From: Nitrospirota bacterium
GTDB taxonomy: Bacteria > Nitrospirota > JACRHJ01
Reading direction: 5' to 3'
NCBI GenBank assembly: GCA_963733375.1
Contig: CAVTDB010000009.1
Location: forward strand, 32,001 to 96,000
DNA length: 64,000 nt
The notes under the pieces were generated by a model that was not told the DNA's origin, did not search any database, and was given only the letters and a program-made list of their open reading frames with translations. Positions 61,964 through 64,000 of this stretch are shown piece after piece. Position numbers and translations under genes: made by a program. Positions within the stretch are counted from its first letter, which is position 1, and every line of letters begins with the position of its first letter.

Positions 61964-64000
61964 ATGAAGGAACTGCTCTCCAAAATCAACAGCAATCTAA
62001 AGGCGAAAATAGTAATATTCGTCGCGGGTTCCATGGTCCTGTTCCTTGTCGGCTCCACCTTTAACTATATCCGCACGGAGCGCCAGTTCTATATAAAATC
62101 GGTCGAAAACAACCTCCGCGGCCTTTCCAATACGATAGAATCAAGCCTCGTGGATGCCATGGGGCGCGGCCAGCGCGAAGAACTCCAGCGCTCGATAGGA
62201 AGTATAGGGAATAACGGAGACATATCCAGCGTCAGGATATTCAACGACAAAGGGATCATTCTCAGCTCGTCAAACCCCGCCGAGACAGGCTCCCGCATCG
62301 ACAACGACAACTATAGAGAGTACAAGCAGGCCGCGGGTACCTTCATCTTCAATAAAAACGGCCAGAATAAGCTTTTTTTTGTTAAACCCATCCTTAACCG
62401 CCCGGCGTGCTACGGCTGTCACGACTCGAAACAGCGGGTCAACGGCGTGCTTGAGGTAAGCTATTCGCTCGTGAAGGCCGATGCGGCGATAAACCAGCAC
62501 TTAAAGCAGATGATGATATCCGCCCTGCTGATATGTCTCGCGCTCGTGCTTTCGATTTTTATCGCACTGGAGATGCTTGTCAACAGGCCGATAAAGAAGC
62601 TCAAGAAAGCGATGGGACAGGCCGAGTTGGGCGAGAAGGTAGAGCTTGACAGTGCGAACAACGACGAGCTTGGCCGGCTCCAGAGAAAATTCGTGCAGAT
62701 GCTGGGCCGCATCCGGGAGCTGAACCTGGAAAACAACCGCAAGGAACATGAGCTTATCCGTAACTTCGAGATATCCAACTCGCATGCGCGCCTGAAGAGC
62801 ATGATCGAAGCTATGCCGGACGGCGTTTCCATACTCGACCGGGACATGGTAATCCGGGAGATGAACCCCCGGAACATGGAGATATTCCCCGGCATCCAGA
62901 CGGGGAGCAACTGCTACAGGAGCATCCACGGCAGGAGCGACCCCTGCCCCCATTGCGGCGTAATGAAAGTCTTCCAGGACGGCATGGTGCATGAGCACCA
63001 GTCTTCCTTCTATCTGGCGGACGGCAAGGAACGCATCGTCCATAGCATCTCCGCGCCCGTCAGGGATGTCGAAGGCAACATTACTCACGCCATCGAGGTC
63101 ATCCGGGACATCACGGATAAACTGGTGGCCGAAAAGGCAAAGATAGAAACGGAGCAAAGGCATCAGAAGGAACTGGAAGCTGTAAACCTCCAGCTTGTCA
63201 GGCGGGTCAAGGAGGTGGAAGACGCAAATAACCAGATCGCCATGCTTATCAGGGACCTGGCTCAGAAAAACACCGAACTGGAGAAGGTCGTCGAGCGTCT
63301 TACCACCGTCAACCATATCGGCAATATACTGAATTCCCTGATCGACCAGGAAAATGCCATGGAGGTCATCGTCAGGACGATGGCCAAAACGATGAACGCC
63401 AGGATATGTTCGCTCATGATGATCAATGAAGAGACGGGCGACCTGGAAGTGGCGTATTCAGTGGGTCTGGAGGGCATAAAGCTCCGCAAGGTAAAGTTAG
63501 GCGAGGGCATTTCCGGTTACGCGGCCAAGGAAGGCAAGCCGCTCCTGGTCACCAATATCGAAACGGACCCCCGCTTCAATCTGCCGAACGACCCGCAGTA
63601 TACCACGACGTCGCTTATCGCCGCGCCTCTTTTCATTAAAGGCAAAGTGATAGGCATCCTGAACATCAACAACAAAAACAATGGCGACCAATTCACGCAC
63701 GACGACCTGAGCCTCCTGACTACCGTGGCCGGACAGGCCGCGATCGCGGTGGAGAATTCGAACCTGTACAGAGACATCCGGTCCAGCTACTTCGATACCG
63801 TCCGGGCGCTTGTCAACGCGCTCGAAGCGAAGGATAAATACTCAAAGGGCCATTCCGAGCGCGTCACCCTGCTCGCGATGATGATTGCGGACGAGATGGG
63901 GCTGTCCGAGGAACGCAAGCAGGCGCTCCAGCACGCCGGGGTGCTGCACGATATAGGCAAGATAGGCATTTCCGCCTCCATCCTGAATAAGGCGGGCAAG
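61964..64000 (+). CDS. Membrane heme-c sensor/HAMP/PAS/GAF/HD-GYP protein, runs off the window end (missing from the ORF track)
   Basis: Manual translation: TM, periplasmic PACYGCHD, TM, HAMP, PAS with CYRSIHGRSDPCPHC, GAF (GEGISG..VIGILN), EAKDKYSKGHSERV, LHDIGKIGI. Confidence 0.88.
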   Translation, partial: MKELLSKINSNLKAKIVIFVAGSMVLFLVGSTFNYIRTERQFYIKSVENNLRGLSNTIESSLVDAMGRGQREELQRSIGSIGNNGDISSVRIFNDKGIILSSSNPAETGSRIDNDNYREYKQAAGTFIFNKNGQNKLFFVKPILNRPACYGCHDSKQRVNGVLEVSYSLVKADAAINQHLKQMMISALLICLALVLSIFIALEMLVNRPIKKLKKAMGQAELGEKVELDSANNDELGRLQRKFVQMLGRIRELNLENNRKEHELIRNFEISNSHARLKSMIEAMPDGVSILDRDMVIREMNPRNMEIFPGIQTGSNCYRSIHGRSDPCPHCGVMKVFQDGMVHEHQSSFYLADGKERIVHSISAPVRDVEGNITHAIEVIRDITDKLVAEKAKIETEQRHQKELEAVNLQLVRRVKEVEDANNQIAMLIRDLAQKNTELEKVVERLTTVNHIGNILNSLIDQENAMEVIVRTMAKTMNARICSLMMINEETGDLEVAYSVGLEGIKLRKVKLGEGISGYAAKEGKPLLVTNIETDPRFNLPNDPQYTTTSLIAAPLFIKGKVIGILNINNKNNGDQFTHDDLSLLTTVAGQAAIAVENSNLYRDIRSSYFDTVRALVNALEAKDKYSKGHSERVTLLAMMIADEMGLSEERKQALQHAGVLHDIGKIGISASILNKAGK

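Noticed and set aside
1-64000. CRISPR array, tRNA/rRNA, transposase, prophage, selenocysteine recoding
   Set aside because: I found no repeat-spacer array, RNA gene signature, transposase or phage motif, or in-frame TGA at a conserved Cys position by eye. Dedicated scans were not run.

Overview
Mostly core-genome region from a GC-rich Gram-negative bacterium; gene content and synteny suggest Nitrospirota or Desulfobacterota (inference). About 30 genes, including essential ones (proS, cdsA, priA), are split by single-base indels, so this looks like an unpolished long-read consensus and I rejoined the fragments by hand. In order: trmH-family methylase; an atypical lipid cluster (B12 radical SAM, fabD-like, fabG, fabZ-like); a Myxococcus/Geobacter-type pilBTCSR-pilA-pilGHI locus with two tandem pilins, each behind a sigma54 promoter; aroE, DUF512, AI-2E, pgsA-like, yhaM, GbsR-like; an operon of a HdrB-HdrC fusion plus a three-piece archaeal-type glutamate synthase; a His-rich membrane pair ending in a GAF protein with no output domain; an orphan NtrB-like kinase; a badly disrupted multiheme cytochrome with a G12 tract; uppS-cdsA-dxr-rseP-ispG-proS; GH57; CDF transporter; catalase; a hopanoid-modification cluster (hpnA, hpnI, hpnJ, ispH plus CruF-like, PagL-like, TPR and Omp85 genes); tpx; tRNA methylase; hicBA; priA; and a heme-c/PAS/GAF/HD-GYP protein running off the end. 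The best leads are a ~100-bp covarying double-hairpin intergenic element in three copies, the HdrBC-glutamate synthase coupling, the catalytically deviant fab/radical SAM cluster, and the dual-pilin regulatory layout. I saw no CRISPR array, rRNA, tRNA or transposase. All family calls come from motif recognition, not database searches.
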